In this document: one piece after another, positions 1-10,539 of the stretch
Numbering within the stretch: the stretch's first letter is position 1
How the letters are laid out: each line of letters starts with the position of its first letter
Assembly: GCA_031259755.1 (NCBI GenBank)
Contig: JAIRKY010000072.1
Coordinates: 1-56,622 of the forward strand
Direction: 5' to 3'
DNA from: Mediterranea sp.
GTDB lineage: Bacteria; Bacteroidota; Bacteroidia; Bacteroidales; Bacteroidaceae
DNA length: 56,622 nt
Position numbers and translations under genes: made by a program
The notes under the pieces: generated by a model
Seen by the model: the letters and a program-made list of their open reading frames with translations, nothing else
The model's database searches: none
Told to the model about the DNA's origin: nothing

Positions 1-98
1 GCAACTGCAAAACCAATACCGGAAAGCGATAGCGAAACTCTATAAGAACCGGCTGTAACCCTCCCCGCACGCTACAGGAATGAAAGGAGCATGAAGAC

Positions 99-281
99 AG
101 GCCCACACTAGAGCGTAGATAGGGCCTACACTAGAGCGTAGATAGGGCCTATACTAGAGCGTAGATAGGGCCTATACTAGAGCGTAGACAGGGCCTATAC
201 TAGAGCGTAGACAGGGCCTATACTAGAGCGTAGACAGGGCCTATACTAGACCATAGATAGGGCCTATCTGCAATCGTAGAT
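99..281. repeat. Tandem array of about 8 copies of a 23-bp unit, AGGGCCTATACTAGAGCGTAGAY
   Basis: Units start at 99 (22 bp, degenerate), 121, 144, 167, 190, 213, 236 and 259. Central copies are near identical, end copies are degenerate, and there are no unique spacers. Confidence 0.95.
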
Positions 282-410
282 AGGCCTTTGCTTACCACTC
301 CTCCGCGCAAAACGGGAGATTATGTGGCCGGAGACTTGTCTCCCCTCCGGCTGGGAGTTTTTCATGTAAAACAGCTACTACCTGCATCCTTTGGGCGGAT
401 TGTGGAGAAG

Positions 411-452
411 ACCCCCTCCGCCCTTCGGGCGCCTCCCCCTTGCAGGGGAGGC
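411..452. repeat. REP-like double hairpin (GCCC-TTC-GGGC, then GCCTCCCC-N6-GGGGAGGC)
   Basis: Two adjacent GC-rich stems are visible, the first with a C(UUCG)G loop. The layout resembles dispersed bacterial REP-like elements (recalled, not searched). Confidence 0.55.
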
Positions 453-529
453 ATTGCGGCCGCTCATTCCCGCACACACCGCACGGACATGCCGGTGGAC
501 CGAGCGTAACTGCTGGATATGTTGACTAT

Positions 530-704
530 TCGCAATCGTACCAATCGATACGTCAGCCCAAACAACTGCGATATCGAACGTATCGGTATACTCAGTGCCG
601 TCTACGCGCAAGGTGTTGTCAAAGCCAGTACCATTATGATCGTAAGCGCGCGAAACCTCGAACCTCACCGTACCTCCGGGAGCAACGAGGTAAGCATTAC
701 TCAA
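530..704 (-). pseudogene. Fragment of a Bacteroidales fimbrial-tip/surface protein family (SNxYxV...VVWxD segment)
   Basis: Reads SNAYLVAPGGTVRFEVSRAY...FDIAVVWAD from a TTG with no signal peptide, then degenerates. The left boundary is approximate. Confidence 0.5.
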
Positions 705-787
705 ATTTTTTCTTCCTTGATTTAGGCGTATTTTCAGTTTCCGTGTTCTTTATTAATATACTAAGCAGTAATGACGGATGACTTATG

Positions 788-795
788 TATATTTG
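788..795 (+). promoter_or_regulatory. Bacteroidetes -7 promoter element (TATATTTG) for the GH operon
   Basis: Exact TAnnTTTG match about 43 nt upstream of the ATG at 838. No clear -33 element. Confidence 0.55.
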
Positions 796-837
796 TCCGG
801 CAATGCGCATCAAATAAAAAAATAAATTAGAATACCA

Positions 838-2808
838 ATGAAGAACCGAAGATTATCTTGCGCCTTGTTTGCGCCCTTTTTTGTCTTCTACCTGATGGCG
901 GGAAATGTCTCTGACAGCCGTATGAAGCCCTCGCGGGAAGATGTTCCTGAAAATGCTCCCATAGATGTGGCATCCGCCCGACGGAATTATGAAGCCATGC
1001 AACGTTCCATAGCCAAGGGATGGAATACGTGGGACACACGTTCCGTATTGAGACATGTGTTGTTGCCTTATGGAGTGGCCGTCGACATTCATTTTTCCAC
1101 TGCCGATGGTCGACGAGCGGATCGTTTTTTTATAGGCGACAGGGCGAAGGGAGCGGCTCAAATGCGTCCGGGAGCGCACGCTTACGACGGGTATTATACG
1201 GATATAACCGCTTCGTGGAACGGGCTTTCCCTCCGTGTGGAAAGTGCGGCGGACGGGCTTTCCAATGTAATTGTCATCACTCCGCAAGCCGGGAGCGCCC
1301 CAGGAGGAAAAGTGATTGTTTCCATCAAAGAACTCTGGCAAAGAGCCAATGAAGTGTCTGTTTCCGGTAATCTGTTTTCTATTGAGACACTGGCAGATAG
1401 CCGGAATATCGACGGTGAGGTGTTGGGCGAATATATCGAGACCCGCGACGATGAAATCATATTGTCGGCGGATAAACCGGTCACTATAAACTGTGGCATC
1501 AAGCTCACGGACGGACAGGCCCGGCAGTTGGTCGACGATCACCGCGACCGTTTTGTTTCCGCCAACAGAGAAAAATATGGCGACTGCTATGACGAGTACA
1601 ATGCCATGCAGAATGTATTAGGATGGGATAATATTTACGACCCTACGCTATACAAAGTCATTACCCCGGTGTCCAGAATATGGAATGTGGGTTGGAGTAA
1701 CAGTCCCGACCTGGGAGGATTCGTCCTGTTCTGCTGGGATACATATTTTGCCGCCATGATGCTTTCTACCGATAGCAAGGAATTGGCCTACGCCAATGCC
1801 GTGGAGATCACCCGGGGCATAACGGAACAGGGATTTGTACCTAATTTCTACACGGAAAGCGATTACAAGTCGCGTGACCGATCACAACCACCTGTAGGCA
1901 CGCTTGCCGCATGGAACATTTATCAGAAGTACAAGGATAAGTGGTTTCTGGAGTTGCTGTACGGCGATTTCCTGAAATGGAACCGCTGGTGGGACGCCAA
2001 CAGGAAGACCGGCGGGCTTTTGTGCTGGGGAAGTTCTCCTTTCGAGCCGGTGACCTACCGTTATTGGGAACTGGTAGGCGTGAACGAGACGTATGGCGGC
2101 GCATTGGAATCCGGTCTGGATAATTCCCACATGTATGATGATATTCCTTTCGACAAACAACGGCATCAGCAGATGTTGAACGATGTGGGCCTGAACAGTT
2201 TATATATTATGGATTGCAACTTGCTTGCCCGGATCGCCGATGAGTTGGGACAACGGAAAGATGCGGAAGAATTGCGCAGACGAAGCAGAGAATATTCGGA
2301 AAACCTTTCCCATTTGTGGAACAAGAAAGATGCGTTCTATTATAATTTCCGGACGGATACGAAGGAACCTAACCGGAGGACTTCTCCGACAAACTTCTAT
2401 CCCTTGCTCGCAGGCGTCCCTTCGGAAAAACAGGCCGAAGCCATGTTACTCAAGCATCTTTTGAATCCGGACGAGTTCTGGGGCGAATGGGTGATCCCCG
2501 CAACCCCCCGCAATGATCCTGCTTTTAAAGACAACACGTATTGGCGCGGACGTATCTGGGCTCCTCTCAATTTCCTTGTCTATATGGGCCTTCGTAATTA
2601 CGATACGCCTGTCATTCGTGATATCCGCCGGCAGTTCTCTGAGAAATCGAAGAATCTACTCCTGAAGTCGTGGCTCTCCAACGGCTATGTCTTTGAGAAT
2701 TACAATGCGACTACAGGCGCGGGCGATGATGTGGTAAACAGCGACAAGTTCTACCATTGGGGGGCATTGCTCGGATTTATCGACCTGATAGAGCAAGGAT
2801 ATTATTAA
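838..2808 (+). CDS. MGH1-like/GH63-type (alpha/alpha)6 glycoside hydrolase, probably secreted
   Basis: Motifs FCWDTYF, SQPP, ESGLDNS, YWRGRIW and FENYN; hydrophobic N-terminus. Confidence 0.8.
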   Translation: MKNRRLSCALFAPFFVFYLMAGNVSDSRMKPSREDVPENAPIDVASARRNYEAMQRSIAKGWNTWDTRSVLRHVLLPYGVAVDIHFSTADGRRADRFFIGDRAKGAAQMRPGAHAYDGYYTDITASWNGLSLRVESAADGLSNVIVITPQAGSAPGGKVIVSIKELWQRANEVSVSGNLFSIETLADSRNIDGEVLGEYIETRDDEIILSADKPVTINCGIKLTDGQARQLVDDHRDRFVSANREKYGDCYDEYNAMQNVLGWDNIYDPTLYKVITPVSRIWNVGWSNSPDLGGFVLFCWDTYFAAMMLSTDSKELAYANAVEITRGITEQGFVPNFYTESDYKSRDRSQPPVGTLAAWNIYQKYKDKWFLELLYGDFLKWNRWWDANRKTGGLLCWGSSPFEPVTYRYWELVGVNETYGGALESGLDNSHMYDDIPFDKQRHQQMLNDVGLNSLYIMDCNLLARIADELGQRKDAEELRRRSREYSENLSHLWNKKDAFYYNFRTDTKEPNRRTSPTNFYPLLAGVPSEKQAEAMLLKHLLNPDEFWGEWVIPATPRNDPAFKDNTYWRGRIWAPLNFLVYMGLRNYDTPVIRDIRRQFSEKSKNLLLKSWLSNGYVFENYNATTGAGDDVVNSDKFYHWGALLGFIDLIEQGYY

Positions 2809-2834
2809 TCTCCGTCAACATAAACTTAACTAAT

Positions 2835-5402
2835 ATGAAGAATGTATTTGCAACTCTCATTTTCCTTTTGATCCTGTCCGTATCGGCACAGGCGCAAGAG
2901 ATGGCTTCTAATGTAGCGTATAAAGACAGTACAGTCCGTTTCACGGTTGTCACGGATGGGGTCATACGTATGGAATGGGCCTCCGACGGCCGGTTTACGG
3001 ACAACCCGTCTTTTATTGCCGTCAACCGTACTTATCCCCACGTGGATTATAAGGTCAGATCATCCGGTTCCACGGTAGAGATCACGACCGCAAAGATGAA
3101 GATGAAGTATAAAAAAGGAAGCGGAAAGTTTACGGCAGATAATTTATCGGTCGTTTCCGCCAAAGGAATGTTACCATTCAGTTGGAAACCGGGCAAGAAG
3201 CAACAAGGTAATCTGAAAGGTACTTACCGGACACTCGACGCTTACGAGGGCGACCAGTATTATTATAAAGAAGACCTGGCAGAAGGAGAAGACCCGACGA
3301 TGCCTATAGAAGACGGCCTGCTCGCCACGGATGGATGGACACTGGTGGACGATTCCCAAGGTTTGCTCTTTGACCGGTCGGACTGGCCTTGGGTGGAACA
3401 GCGTTCGGATACGACCGTCCAGGACTGGTATTTCATGGCTTACGGGCACGATTACAAAGCCGCGTTGAAAGACTTCACCGTTTTTGCCGGGAAAGTTCCA
3501 TTGCCGCCGCGTTACGCCTTTGGCTATTGGTGGTCCCGTTACTGGTGCTATACGGACAACGAACTCCGGGACCTGGTACGCAACTTCCGGACGCACGACA
3601 TTCCGCTGGATGTGATGGTGATCGACATGGACTGGCATTATACCGACCCCGGAAGAGGCGGCTGGACAGGATTCACCTGGAACCGGGGATTGTTCCCCGA
3701 CCCTGCCGGCCTGCTGGGCTACCTGAAACAGGAAGGAATGCAAGTGACACTCAACCTGCATCCCGCCGACGGTGTCGCCTGGTTTGAGAAACAATATCCG
3801 GAAATGGCCGAATGGATGGGCGCAAACCCTGACCCTGCCGAAAAGGATACCATCAAATGGGCCGGTTCCGACAAAAGATTCATGAGCGGCTGGTACAACA
3901 CGGTACTGCGTCCGTTGGAAAAGATGGGCATCGACTTCTGGTGGCTCGACTGGCAACAGGAACTGAACGACGCGAAAATCCCGAACCTGAGTAATACCTG
4001 GTGGCTGAATTACAGTACCTTCTCTGACATGCAGCGCAACCGTTCCACCCGTCCCATGCTTTATCACCGCTGGGGAGGATTGGGCAACCACCGGTATCAG
4101 ATCGGTTTCTCCGGGGACGCAGTCACCTCATGGAAATCGCTCGACTTCCAGACCTGGTTCAATGCCACAGCCTCCAACGTATTGTATGGCTATTGGAGCC
4201 ACGATTTGGGAGGACACTACGGCGATACGATCAATCCCGAATTGCTCACCCGCTGGATGCAGTTTGGTGCGGTAAGCCCGATCATGCGTACACACGCCAC
4301 GAAAAGCGGAAAACAGGATAAGGAACCTTGGCGCTTCGGGAAAAAATACTTCGAAGTATTGCGGAGCACCGTGCTCCAACGATACCGGTTGGCCCCTTAT
4401 ATTTACAGCATGGCGCGCAAGACACACGAAGAAGGTTTATCGCTTTGCCGCCCCTTGTATTACGATCATCCCGAAAACAAGGAATCATACAGTTTCAAGA
4501 GTGAATACATGTTCGGTGACCAAATGCTGGTGGCGCCGGTGACTGCCCCGACGAAAGACGGATACACTACACTCGAAGTATGGCTTCCCTCCGGCAACGA
4601 ATGGTACGAATGGCATACGGGCACGCTGCTGAAAGGCGGACAAACCGTGCAACGTTCGTTTGCCATCGATGAATATCCGTTATATTTCAAGGCGGGTTCC
4701 ATCATTCCGATGTACGGTAAAGTCGAAAACCTGCGTAAGAATGACGAACCTGTCGAAATCGTTGTCGTCCCCGGCGGAGACGGATCGTTCGAGATGTACG
4801 AAGATAACGGCAACGACAAGGAGTATGAACGAAACTTCGCCACCACCACGCTGGTCTCCGTGCGTAACGGCAACGAACTGACAGTGACCATCGGCGCACG
4901 CCGGGGAACGTATTCCGGTATGCCGGAAACCCGTAACTTTACGCTAAGCGTACTGGCATCGGTTATCCCGGAAACCGTCTCGGTGAACGGCGAAAGCACA
5001 TCTTACCGCTATGACGGCGATGAACTGGCCTTAGTCATCGACATTCCGGTGACGGATTGCGGCTTGGAGAAAGTCATTCAGATCACATATCCGGCTTCCG
5101 CGATTGATCTGACGGACGGCCTGACAGGAAAGTTCCGCCGCATCCGGAAAGCTGTATATGAGTTGAAATACCGGTGGCCGGGCGTACAGCTCAACGATGA
5201 CATGAGCCGGATGGAATCGATCAACAGGGAAGTGACGTATGATCCCGAACGGTTGACACCCTGCATCGAACGTTTCCGCACGAATTACGACAATCTGCCG
5301 GGAATATTGGATAAGCAAACGGCATGGTCATGGCGAGGTACGGCACCGATCAACGCCGACGATCGCCAGTGGTTCCTGAATTTTATCCGCTATAAAGAAT
5401 GA
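2835..5402 (+). CDS. GH31 alpha-glycosidase with the DFWWLDWQQ nucleophile motif, secreted
   Basis: Motifs GYWWSRYW, IDMDWH, NLHP, DFWWLDWQQ, GLGNHRY, FSGD, WSHDLGG and RW.QFG. Start moved to MKNVFATL, a signal peptide downstream of the previous stop. Confidence 0.9.
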   Translation: MKNVFATLIFLLILSVSAQAQEMASNVAYKDSTVRFTVVTDGVIRMEWASDGRFTDNPSFIAVNRTYPHVDYKVRSSGSTVEITTAKMKMKYKKGSGKFTADNLSVVSAKGMLPFSWKPGKKQQGNLKGTYRTLDAYEGDQYYYKEDLAEGEDPTMPIEDGLLATDGWTLVDDSQGLLFDRSDWPWVEQRSDTTVQDWYFMAYGHDYKAALKDFTVFAGKVPLPPRYAFGYWWSRYWCYTDNELRDLVRNFRTHDIPLDVMVIDMDWHYTDPGRGGWTGFTWNRGLFPDPAGLLGYLKQEGMQVTLNLHPADGVAWFEKQYPEMAEWMGANPDPAEKDTIKWAGSDKRFMSGWYNTVLRPLEKMGIDFWWLDWQQELNDAKIPNLSNTWWLNYSTFSDMQRNRSTRPMLYHRWGGLGNHRYQIGFSGDAVTSWKSLDFQTWFNATASNVLYGYWSHDLGGHYGDTINPELLTRWMQFGAVSPIMRTHATKSGKQDKEPWRFGKKYFEVLRSTVLQRYRLAPYIYSMARKTHEEGLSLCRPLYYDHPENKESYSFKSEYMFGDQMLVAPVTAPTKDGYTTLEVWLPSGNEWYEWHTGTLLKGGQTVQRSFAIDEYPLYFKAGSIIPMYGKVENLRKNDEPVEIVVVPGGDGSFEMYEDNGNDKEYERNFATTTLVSVRNGNELTVTIGARRGTYSGMPETRNFTLSVLASVIPETVSVNGESTSYRYDGDELALVIDIPVTDCGLEKVIQITYPASAIDLTDGLTGKFRRIRKAVYELKYRWPGVQLNDDMSRMESINREVTYDPERLTPCIERFRTNYDNLPGILDKQTAWSWRGTAPINADDRQWFLNFIRYKE

Positions 5403-8400
5403 AAAAGCTGTTATTCATCCTCCTCCTCTTACTTCCGGCAAGCATGCGGGCACAGGAAGAGGAAACCCTGCAAAGCCTCGCCCGGCAGTTCGCTTCGCCG
5501 GCAGACAAGTATAAAGCCCACGCCTGGTGGCATTGGATGGGGGCAAACTTCTCCAAGGAAGGAATCGGGAAGGACCTTCGCGCCATGAAGGAAGCCGGCA
5601 TCGGAGGAGTGGTAGTATTCAACGCACCGGCATGGCTCGACACCGCGAAGAATCCATGGCCATGGCAGACCTACCGTAGCGACGCCTATTGGGATGCACT
5701 CGAAGTGGCGCTCCAAACATCCAAGGACTTGGGTATGGAAGTCGGGATACACAATTCGCCCGGATGGTCCACTACCGGAGGACCTTGGATAAAGCCCGGG
5801 CAAGGGATGCAGGCCGTAGCTTTCAGCATCACCAAACTAAAAGGCGGGCGGACAGTCAGAGCAGTTCTCCCCAATCCGAAAGAAGGCGAAGCAACGGCCG
5901 TATACTTCAAGGACGTAGCCGTCATGGCCATTCGCGACCGTAAGCCGGTTACTGCGGCGGACATCGTAGACGTGTCGGCCTTCTTCGAAAAGGGCATCCT
6001 GACTTGGGAAGCGCCGACCGGAGACTGGACTATCTACCGTTTCGGATACGCCCCCACCATGCAGCACACCCACCCCACCCCGGAAGACGTGGCCGACAGC
6101 TCCCTGGAAGTGGACAAGATGAACCCCGAAGCCACGAAAGAACACTGGACGAATGTACTCGGCCCGTTGCGCAAACGCTTCGGCAAATACATCGGCACTA
6201 CGTTCAACTCGATCTGGATAGACAGCTACGAAGCCAGAGACCAGAACTGGTCGCCCAACTTCCGCGAGGACTTTATCCGCCTGAAAGGTTACGACCCTGT
6301 CAGACAGATCATCCTTGCCTGTCAGCGGGGCGACAACCTGTTGAACCCGGAGATGAACGGCATACACACCCCCCGACCGGCCTTTGCCGAAGAAACCAAC
6401 CGATTCCTGCAGGACTATGCCGAGGTGATCAACCGGTTATTCCTGAACTGTTGGGCCATGGGGAAGGAGCTGGTCAACGAAGCCGGTTTCAGCTTATGCT
6501 TCGAACCTTACGGAAGCATCTGGGACGCTCCCTTCGATCTGACGGAAGGAATCGGTATCGCCGACATTCCCGTCACCGAGTTCTGGGTCCACAGTCATGA
6601 AGTGTCCGGCGGAACGGACTTTGCCACGGCCGCCGCCCGCAGCGGGAAGCGTATCGTCGGCGCAGAAGCCTTTACGGGTATGGAAGCTACATGCACTTTC
6701 ACCGAAACGCCTGCCATGCTCAAGCGCCCCGCCGATATGGGATACGCCGCCGGATGCAACCGTTATTACCTGCATTCATGGGCGCATAATCCATTGGACG
6801 ATACGTTCCGCCCCGGCTGGTCGTTTGCCCATTACGGTACGCATTTCGGCCGCAACCAGACCTGGTTTGAACCGGGGAAAGCGTTCTTTACCTACCTTGC
6901 CCGTTGCCAGATGCTGTTGCAGCAAGGCGCGATGATCTCTACCGACGGTTTTATCTTGCAACGCAGCCTGCCCGAAGCCGAGATATTCTTCGTCCGCAAT
7001 CCGTATGACGCAGCGGAAAAGGAATATGCCTTCCCCGTTACGGGGCGTGTTCCCGAACTTTGGGACGCCTATACGGGAACGATCAGAAGCACGACGCATT
7101 GGCGGCAGGACGGGAATAAAATGTACGTCGCCCTCAGACTGGAAAAGGACGAATCCGTCTTCGTTGTATTCACCGCACAGAAAGGAGCATACCCCGTTCA
7201 GCCCGAGGCGGAAGCACTGAAAGAAACCGCCACACCTTTGCATGGGAACTGGAAAGTAACCTTCCATCCGAAGACCGGCGAAGCCTCTTTTACCCAAACC
7301 CTTACCGGACTCGTTGATCTCAGCAAACAAAAGGACAAGAGACTCAGCTACTTCTCCGGTACGGCGGTATATGAAACCACCTTTACCGTTTCCGCCCGGG
7401 ACCTGCAAGACGGTAAGCGCCTGACGATCGATCTGGGCGAGCTGTACGACCTGGCGGAATTGGAGATCAACGGAAAGAAAGCCGGCGTGTTGTGGATGCC
7501 TCCTTATAAAGCAGATATATCGGCCTTCGTAAGAGACGGCGAGAATATACTCCAGGTGCATATCACCAACACCTGGGTCAATCGCCTTATCGGCGACGAG
7601 CAATATCCCGCCGACTTCGACTGGACGGACAAGAACCAGGGATTACGCGCCATGACCGGTCTTCCCGACTGGCTCGTAAAGGGACAACCGCGTCCGGTGA
7701 AAGAGCGGAAGGCTTTTGTTCCATGGTACTACTTCGGCAAGGATTCCCCCCTGTTGCCTGCCGGTTTGCTGGGGCCGGTAACCATTGCCCGTCAGGACGT
7801 TCCGGTTTACGACCTGCAATGCGAATACCTGACGAACCCACTGGGAATAGACGATCCCTACCACTCGGATCGGGCGGAGGACTTCAACGGCTTTTCCCCC
7901 CGCGTAAGCTGGAAGATCGACAGCCGAAGCGAAACAGGAAAACAACAGGCATACCGGGTTGTCGTTACAAACACACAAAAAGATACGGTCTGGGATAGCG
8001 GAATCCGGCAGGACAACCGGCTATTCTGCTTCATACCCGGCAGTGCAATGACGTCCGGCACGGCGTACGATTGGAAAGTAGGCGTCTACGACCGTGATCT
8101 GTCCTCCTGCACATGGAGCGGACAAGCCCACTTCTCGACAGGATTACTCGACAAAGACTGGCAGGGGAAATGGATCAAACACCCCTCAGCACCGGCCGAG
8201 AGCCACATCCGGTTCCGGAAGGAATTCATCCTGCCGGAAGGCAGTGCGCCGGGCAAACCTGTATTCGCATACGTGGCTTCCATCGGTTACCATGAACTGT
8301 ACGTCAACGGAACGAAAGTCGACGACAGGGTGCTGGCTCCCGCCGCATCTCGTCTGGATAAACGGGTGCTATACGTAACTTACGACATTCGCCCCCTGCT

Positions 8401-10480
8401 GAAAGACGGCCGGAACCTGATTACCGTCGACTATGCACCCGGCTGGAGCATGAACAACTTCTTCGCACCAAGAACAGGCCAGGGATTGCTCGTGCAAGTC
8501 TATGGAGACGGGAAGCATTTCTCCCTCGCTTCCGATGCCACCTGGACATGTACGGAAGGACATGGCCGGAACATCGGGCGCTTCGATTTCATGGATATGG
8601 GCGGAGAACTGGTGGATGACACCAAACAGAAGGACGCCAACTGGGTACGTGCTGCGGAAACTACGCCTTACACATCCTCACGGCCCATCCTCACGGCCCA
8701 GATGACCGACCCGTCCCGCATCATCGATACCATTCCGGCCAAGGCCGTGTCCGTAATAACCGATCCGTCCCGAACGGCTTTGCAGAAAACCATCTATCGG
8801 GTAGATATGGGCAAGGAATTCACCGGTTTCCTGCAAGCCGAGTTCGACGGCCTACAACGGGGCGATACCGTCGAGATCATGATTTCCATGCGCGACGATG
8901 ACCCGGAACGTGTAGAAGCCACTTACGGTATTGGCAACAAGGTGGTCGAAGAGCAGAAACAACGTCAACTCTATATCGCACGTGGCCAGAAGGGAGAGAC
9001 CTTCCGCAACCGATTCAATTTCTTCGCAGGAAGGTACATTCACTTCCGCGGGCTCCGGAAAGCGCCGGAATTGAAACACATCAAAGGCCTTGCCGTATCC
9101 TCGGCAGCAGAAACCGGCGCATCCTTTGCCTGCTCGGACACCCTTTACAACCGCATCTTCGCGTTGGATACATATACCTATCAAATGTGCCATACCGAAG
9201 GTGTGACCGTGGATTGCCCCAACCGCGAACGGCTCGGCTACGGACCCGAAGGGGCGTATCAGACTGCATGGGGACTCGGATTGCCTTACTTCCGCTCGGC
9301 AGCCCATTACGTGAAGAACGTACGCGATTGGGCGGATGTACAGTTCGAAGACGGTTTCATCAACAACGTAGCTCCGCAAATAAGCGACATGTACGGCTGC
9401 GCGCTCAACGGAACGGCCATCTTAAATATAGCCTGGGAGCATTACCGCCTGTATGGCGACAAGCGGATACTGGAGTTGGCCTATCCGGTAGGCAGGAAGT
9501 GGCTGGGATTCTTGTCCGCTTATGTGAAGGATGACATGCTGACCCGCTACGCAGATCACGGTTATTTCCTTGGCGAATGGGTCAGTCCAGGGCCGGTGTT
9601 CGAATATGCGGAGACCGAAGAAGCCCTGTTCTTCAATAACTGCGCGTACGCGATGACGCTCGATTTCATGTGCAAGATAGGCGATACCCTGGCCGATCAT
9701 GGCGATACTCTGGCCGATCGTCAGGAAACGGCGACCGACAAAGAGAAACTCTCCGCATTGCGGAACGCCTTGCACCGCACGTATTACTATCCCGGGACGG
9801 GCTGTTACCTGAACGGAGACCAGGTGCGCACCTCGTTTGCCTTGTACGCCGGCCTTGTCCCGGACAGCCTGACCGAAAGCGTAGAGCAACATTTAAAGGA
9901 AAAACTGAAAAGCCAGGGATATATCGACATCGGCAGTTTCGGGCGCTACCCGTTCTATCAGACAGTGTTGGGCCGAGCCGGTTACCTGGACCCTATCGGT
10001 AAGTTACTGAGCAAGACGACCTATCCGGGTTATGGCTATTTCGTGGCGCAAGGATGCACAACGTTCCCTGAGATGTGGGAGATAAACCAGCCCAACTCTA
10101 CCGTGATCCATACGTCCTATACGGGAATCTCGGCCATATTGATCAAAGGATTCGCCGGCATCCGTGAAGAAACCTGCGGTAGCGATACGATCCTGATAGC
10201 CCCCGAACCCATCGCCGGACTGACCGGATGCAGCGCTACGGTGGAAACGCCGTATGGAACAGTGAGAAGCGCCTGGCAAAGAAGCGACGACGGAGTAAAC
10301 TACCGTTTTACGATACCTTTCGGCATGGTAGCCCGGTTGCGTCTGAAAAATAGGGAAGACGAATACATACAGGCGGGAGATGTGGCGCGTTCTGTTACCC
10401 AACAGAAGGTATCCAGAGACCGGTTGGACACCCCACCGGCTGACGATGACCTTTTTCAACAAAATATGACAAAGAAATAA
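5399..10480 (+). CDS. Fused GH106 + GH78 alpha-L-rhamnosidase, secreted
   Basis: N-terminal ~800 aa: WWHWMG.NFSKEGI.KDL.AMK.AGIGG, WIDSYE, GAEAFT, NTWVNRLIGD, AGLLGPV. C-terminal part: LQCEYLTNPLGID, YHELYVNG, DCPNRERLGY, GEWVSP, TTFPE, TPYG.VRSAW. Overlaps the upstream gene at ATGA. Confidence 0.85.
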   Translation: MKKLLFILLLLLPASMRAQEEETLQSLARQFASPADKYKAHAWWHWMGANFSKEGIGKDLRAMKEAGIGGVVVFNAPAWLDTAKNPWPWQTYRSDAYWDALEVALQTSKDLGMEVGIHNSPGWSTTGGPWIKPGQGMQAVAFSITKLKGGRTVRAVLPNPKEGEATAVYFKDVAVMAIRDRKPVTAADIVDVSAFFEKGILTWEAPTGDWTIYRFGYAPTMQHTHPTPEDVADSSLEVDKMNPEATKEHWTNVLGPLRKRFGKYIGTTFNSIWIDSYEARDQNWSPNFREDFIRLKGYDPVRQIILACQRGDNLLNPEMNGIHTPRPAFAEETNRFLQDYAEVINRLFLNCWAMGKELVNEAGFSLCFEPYGSIWDAPFDLTEGIGIADIPVTEFWVHSHEVSGGTDFATAAARSGKRIVGAEAFTGMEATCTFTETPAMLKRPADMGYAAGCNRYYLHSWAHNPLDDTFRPGWSFAHYGTHFGRNQTWFEPGKAFFTYLARCQMLLQQGAMISTDGFILQRSLPEAEIFFVRNPYDAAEKEYAFPVTGRVPELWDAYTGTIRSTTHWRQDGNKMYVALRLEKDESVFVVFTAQKGAYPVQPEAEALKETATPLHGNWKVTFHPKTGEASFTQTLTGLVDLSKQKDKRLSYFSGTAVYETTFTVSARDLQDGKRLTIDLGELYDLAELEINGKKAGVLWMPPYKADISAFVRDGENILQVHITNTWVNRLIGDEQYPADFDWTDKNQGLRAMTGLPDWLVKGQPRPVKERKAFVPWYYFGKDSPLLPAGLLGPVTIARQDVPVYDLQCEYLTNPLGIDDPYHSDRAEDFNGFSPRVSWKIDSRSETGKQQAYRVVVTNTQKDTVWDSGIRQDNRLFCFIPGSAMTSGTAYDWKVGVYDRDLSSCTWSGQAHFSTGLLDKDWQGKWIKHPSAPAESHIRFRKEFILPEGSAPGKPVFAYVASIGYHELYVNGTKVDDRVLAPAASRLDKRVLYVTYDIRPLLKDGRNLITVDYAPGWSMNNFFAPRTGQGLLVQVYGDGKHFSLASDATWTCTEGHGRNIGRFDFMDMGGELVDDTKQKDANWVRAAETTPYTSSRPILTAQMTDPSRIIDTIPAKAVSVITDPSRTALQKTIYRVDMGKEFTGFLQAEFDGLQRGDTVEIMISMRDDDPERVEATYGIGNKVVEEQKQRQLYIARGQKGETFRNRFNFFAGRYIHFRGLRKAPELKHIKGLAVSSAAETGASFACSDTLYNRIFALDTYTYQMCHTEGVTVDCPNRERLGYGPEGAYQTAWGLGLPYFRSAAHYVKNVRDWADVQFEDGFINNVAPQISDMYGCALNGTAILNIAWEHYRLYGDKRILELAYPVGRKWLGFLSAYVKDDMLTRYADHGYFLGEWVSPGPVFEYAETEEALFFNNCAYAMTLDFMCKIGDTLADHGDTLADRQETATDKEKLSALRNALHRTYYYPGTGCYLNGDQVRTSFALYAGLVPDSLTESVEQHLKEKLKSQGYIDIGSFGRYPFYQTVLGRAGYLDPIGKLLSKTTYPGYGYFVAQGCTTFPEMWEINQPNSTVIHTSYTGISAILIKGFAGIREETCGSDTILIAPEPIAGLTGCSATVETPYGTVRSAWQRSDDGVNYRFTIPFGMVARLRLKNREDEYIQAGDVARSVTQQKVSRDRLDTPPADDDLFQQNMTKK

Positions 10481-10539
10481 TAACCCGCAAAGAGGTAGAC
10501 GATTCCCGACGACCGATTTGCACTAATCAGATTTAACGT

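Noticed and set aside
1-58. Possible 3' end of a gene (QLQNQYRKAIAKLYKNRL*)
   Set aside because: Too short to assign a family or confirm the frame.
99-281. CRISPR array
   Set aside because: The units are contiguous with no unique spacers, and no cas genes are in the window.
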